Of a stretch of 27,300 nt of DNA, positions 24,382 through 27,300 are shown piece by piece; the stretch's first letter is position 1; each line of letters begins with the position of its first letter. The translations under genes and the position numbers were made by a program. The stretch is from a virus (lineage: Duplodnaviria; Caudoviricetes). Under the pieces are notes generated by a model that worked only from the letters and a program-made list of their open reading frames with translations, had not been told where the DNA came from and did not search any database. The stretch covers positions 1 to 27,300 of the IMG/VR virus record IMGVR_UViG_3300005805_000378; one strand, written 5' to 3'.

Positions 24382-26892
24382 TTACGCCTCTTCATCAATG
24401 TCGTTAAGTTCTATGCTTGGGTTTCCAAGCTCATCCATTGTTACTTTACCAACGCGCTTTGCACGTTTTGGAATAACATTATTGATGACGATTGGCTGAG
24501 ACTTTGCAGCCTCTTGTGAGCCAATTTTGATAGAATCCATAGCGATACGGATCTTCTCAAGCTGCTGTTCGGACTCAAGACGTCGCTCTTCCATGAGTTT
24601 TTCCGACTCAACCAGGCGCATACGCATTTGCTCAAGCTCAAGTTTTTGAATCTCAAGAATTTGTGCCATGCGATTGCTTTCTTGTGTGATGGCTTGCTTG
24701 GACGCATCAGACTCGGCCATTGCCTGCACTTTGAGCATATCAACTTGTACGCTGTTAGCTTTGACCTGTGCTTCCTGTTGCGAGATGGCAACTTCTTGCT
24801 GGCGTATGTACTCGTTGAACTGTTGCTTTTGAATCTCAAGTTGCGCCATGAGTTGTTCGCGCTGTGCCTTAAGCTGCTGCTCTTGGAACGCAAGCATGTT
24901 CTTCTCATGAGCGTCAGCCATTTGCATACGAGTTGCCTCGATACGCGCCTGCGACTCAAGCTGTGCTATTTGGAGACGTCCCTGAACTTCTTGCATGACA
25001 GGATCTGGAGGCGGCGGTTGTTTCGCAGCTTCCTCCTTTGCCGCAGCGATTTCACCGATCTGCGCAAGCGCCTTAGTAAAGATACCATCGAGTTCCTTGC
25101 CACCTTTAAAGCGTTTAATAACATTTTGGAATAGCTCTATAGAAAACCCTAACAGTGGTGGGTACTGCTCAATGAGCGACCGCATTTGGTTGAAGAACTC
25201 TCCTGCGGTGGACATGAGTTGTGCGCTCTCTTGCTGTTCCTGCATCTGGTCAACAGCAACCATTGAGTCAGACGCAATACGGATACGGTAAGAGAGCCTG
25301 TCGTCATTACGATAAAGACCAATAATTTGCTGTTTAACTTGGTCTATCTGTATCTGTGGGTCTGGAGGAGGGACGGGTATAGGTTGTCCGTCTGGACCTA
25401 CAGGAGGAGGTGGTGGGGGTGGTAGTACTGCGGCGATAAGTCTGTCAGCGTCTCCAACCTCAAATATCTCTTCCGGCTCAAACTGGGACGCAATAATCGT
25501 GCCAAGTTTCTCGATGCCGTCAGAGATAAATTTAGTGAACATGTTTTGACGCACAATAAGTCCCATCGAGGACCATGCGTTTTCGAGACGGTTAGCAGTT
25601 GCAGACTTGTACTGCTCGCTTGTGCCACGAAGCAAATCTGACACTTTGAGTGTTTCGTAGAGCTGCTGTAAGGCCGTCTGACGAGCCGCCTGCAGCACTT
25701 GGAGTGCATTGATGTATGGAGTTACATCCATGAACTCTACGCCGTTAGCGAGGCCGCCTTTGCCTTTGTATGACGGCCAGTTAATTACTGGCACCATCTT
25801 AAGGTCGCCGATGAGCATCTGCTCAACCTGATTGCCAAGGCTTGAGTCGTAGAGAGCGTTGGTGCGAATGGCCTGTGTTACGGCGTGAATACGAGTTGTG
25901 AGGCGCTCTACCTCAAGGATTTGGTCTTTAACATGAGCGTAGTCAGACACTGGCAGTACTGAGTCTGGGTCAGTGCTTTGCGCTATGATGGTGCATGGGT
26001 AGAAGTCTTCGAACTCAAAAGGAGGCTCGGACTCCATGATAACTCCCTCTTCGAAGCTATCGCTGTACCAGAAAACGCGCTCGGCATCTTCGCACCAAAT
26101 CTCGTAAACCTCGGCTTTGCCTTCAAACTTTGAGTCATCGCGTTGATAATCGCGATTGTTCTTGTCTGGGAAGGAATCGTACTTAAGTTTGTTTGCTCGC
26201 TCACCAAAGAGCTTTTCTGCTGACTCGCGACTAAGGTATGCGCGTTTTGCTCTCCACTCAACTTCGGTCTCGTTACGAGCATCGGAGCAGAAATAATCGC
26301 TGTACTGCACTACATCGAGACAAGCGTACTCTTCTTTCTTAGCCTCAATAGTAATTTTCACCAGGGTGATGTTGCCTGGTCCTTGGCGCAGCTCTTTGTC
26401 TGTAACGTCAAACGGAGCACCTTTGTCATCAACGTATGTACCGTCTGGTGCCTTAAAGATGGCAATTTCCACCATCTCATCCTCAAGCTCTACCTCGTAG
26501 CGAGGCCACAAAACTGCACGGCCTGTGAGGAGAAACTGCAGGGTAGCGTTAGAACCTACGGTATCGAACGGAAAGTTTACATCCATTTGATACTGAATGT
26601 TGCGTTCAAGGATGGTAGCGGAGAGTTCCTCAACGATACCTCCTGTGCGCTTACGAAGACCTACTTCCGCTTTTGGTGTAGATGAGTAATAAGCAGGGAG
26701 GAGAGTATTAACGCAATACCACCAACTATTAAGTCTTCGCTCTGTATCGGTAAGTACATTGATTTGTTTTTGTGCGTTGTAAACCCGTATGGATTCTTCG
26801 GCCATGTCGATGAATGGCTTAGATCGTTCCTTGGCTCGTGTAATCTCTATCTTCCAGTAACGACCTGAGTACCTATCAACTAATGGCTTCAT
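24382..26892 (-). CDS. Portal protein (podovirus type, long C-terminal coiled-coil barrel)
   Basis: 836 aa directly after the terminase; 'N...LPA.Y..TPK', 'V.WRA.R.Y', 'VYEIW', 'LYE...VSDLLRG....SATA'; Gln-rich coiled-coil tail. Confidence 0.88.
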   Translation of the reverse strand: MKPLVDRYSGRYWKIEITRAKERSKPFIDMAEESIRVYNAQKQINVLTDTERRLNSWWYCVNTLLPAYYSSTPKAEVGLRKRTGGIVEELSATILERNIQYQMDVNFPFDTVGSNATLQFLLTGRAVLWPRYEVELEDEMVEIAIFKAPDGTYVDDKGAPFDVTDKELRQGPGNITLVKITIEAKKEEYACLDVVQYSDYFCSDARNETEVEWRAKRAYLSRESAEKLFGERANKLKYDSFPDKNNRDYQRDDSKFEGKAEVYEIWCEDAERVFWYSDSFEEGVIMESEPPFEFEDFYPCTIIAQSTDPDSVLPVSDYAHVKDQILEVERLTTRIHAVTQAIRTNALYDSSLGNQVEQMLIGDLKMVPVINWPSYKGKGGLANGVEFMDVTPYINALQVLQAARQTALQQLYETLKVSDLLRGTSEQYKSATANRLENAWSSMGLIVRQNMFTKFISDGIEKLGTIIASQFEPEEIFEVGDADRLIAAVLPPPPPPPVGPDGQPIPVPPPDPQIQIDQVKQQIIGLYRNDDRLSYRIRIASDSMVAVDQMQEQQESAQLMSTAGEFFNQMRSLIEQYPPLLGFSIELFQNVIKRFKGGKELDGIFTKALAQIGEIAAAKEEAAKQPPPPDPVMQEVQGRLQIAQLESQARIEATRMQMADAHEKNMLAFQEQQLKAQREQLMAQLEIQKQQFNEYIRQQEVAISQQEAQVKANSVQVDMLKVQAMAESDASKQAITQESNRMAQILEIQKLELEQMRMRLVESEKLMEERRLESEQQLEKIRIAMDSIKIGSQEAAKSQPIVINNVIPKRAKRVGKVTMDELGNPSIELNDIDEEA

Positions 26893-26894
26893 AC

Positions 26895-27300
26895 CTATAT
26901 CCTTGGCCTACCTGCGTTTGCTCTCATTTGAGCGATATATGCCTGCAACTTTACCACACCCTTGTTGAACACTTCGGGTGGTTGCTGCCACTTGCTGTCT
27001 ATGAGTCGTTCCTTACACAGGTAGCGTAGCGCGTCACAAGCATGGTCGTCGCCAGTACTATCGGCGTCTTCCATTCTCTTCTTGTTAATCGCCAGCGCTG
27101 GTAGGGTCTCTAACAGGTATGGACAGTTAGCGGTAATATATAACAGAGGAGGCTTTGCAACCAACCTCTGTCTTATCTGTGACCATCCGGTGACTCTATC
27201 GTTGTCGGCCATTCGGAAGTTAGGGTGTTTGTATCGCGCAAACACTGAATGAAACTGGTCTGCGATAGATGGTCCTCCCTGATTGTTGAAGATGGAGGGG
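26895..27300 (-). CDS. terL: Terminase large subunit, C-terminal nuclease domain (5' part outside the window)
   Basis: The frame stays open to the window edge (PSIFNNQGGPSIADQF...); contains 'ADNDRVTGW', 'C..L..TLP' and 'DDHACDALRY'. Confidence 0.92.
   Translation of the reverse strand, partial: PSIFNNQGGPSIADQFHSVFARYKHPNFRMADNDRVTGWSQIRQRLVAKPPLLYITANCPYLLETLPALAINKKRMEDADSTGDDHACDALRYLCKERLIDSKWQQPPEVFNKGVVKLQAYIAQMRANAGRPRI

Noticed and set aside
4013-25291. Many + strand ORFs antisense to the structural genes (e.g. 4013-4543, 6274-6876, 7028-7567, 24628-25134)
   Set aside because: They are shadow ORFs of well-supported - strand genes, with no recognisable motifs.
1-27300. Stop-codon reassignment, tRNA genes, introns or inteins
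   Set aside because: Genes tile densely under the standard code using all three stops, intergenic gaps are too small or lack cloverleafs, and no core gene appears interrupted.

Overview
This window is a 27.3 kb piece of a tailed dsDNA bacteriophage (Caudoviricetes), most likely a short-tailed podovirus-type phage with P22/T7-like architecture. It has two convergent arms that meet tail-to-tail at 3578/3579. The + strand arm (about 73-3578) carries small replication/accessory genes: a G39P-like helicase loader/inhibitor, a PD-(D/E)xK-like ORF, two small basic proteins, a VRR-NUC nuclease and hypotheticals. The - strand arm (27300 to 3579) is the late operon. In order it encodes the terminase large subunit C-terminus, portal, a repeat-containing fiber, a tail-collar protein, scaffold, major capsid protein, decoration proteins, an RcGTA GhsA/GhsB-like head spike pair, adaptor, nozzle/stabilization protein, ejection proteins (one with a lytic transglycosylase domain), and a tail fiber with its chaperone. 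It ends in an unusual four-gene lysis cassette: a DUF5675 L,D-transpeptidase-like enzyme, a TM/coiled-coil protein, a secreted 17-Cys protein and a holin-like protein. I saw no tape measure, sheath, integrase, tRNA, CRISPR array or reverse transcriptase. All family calls come from motif recognition by eye; no database search was run.
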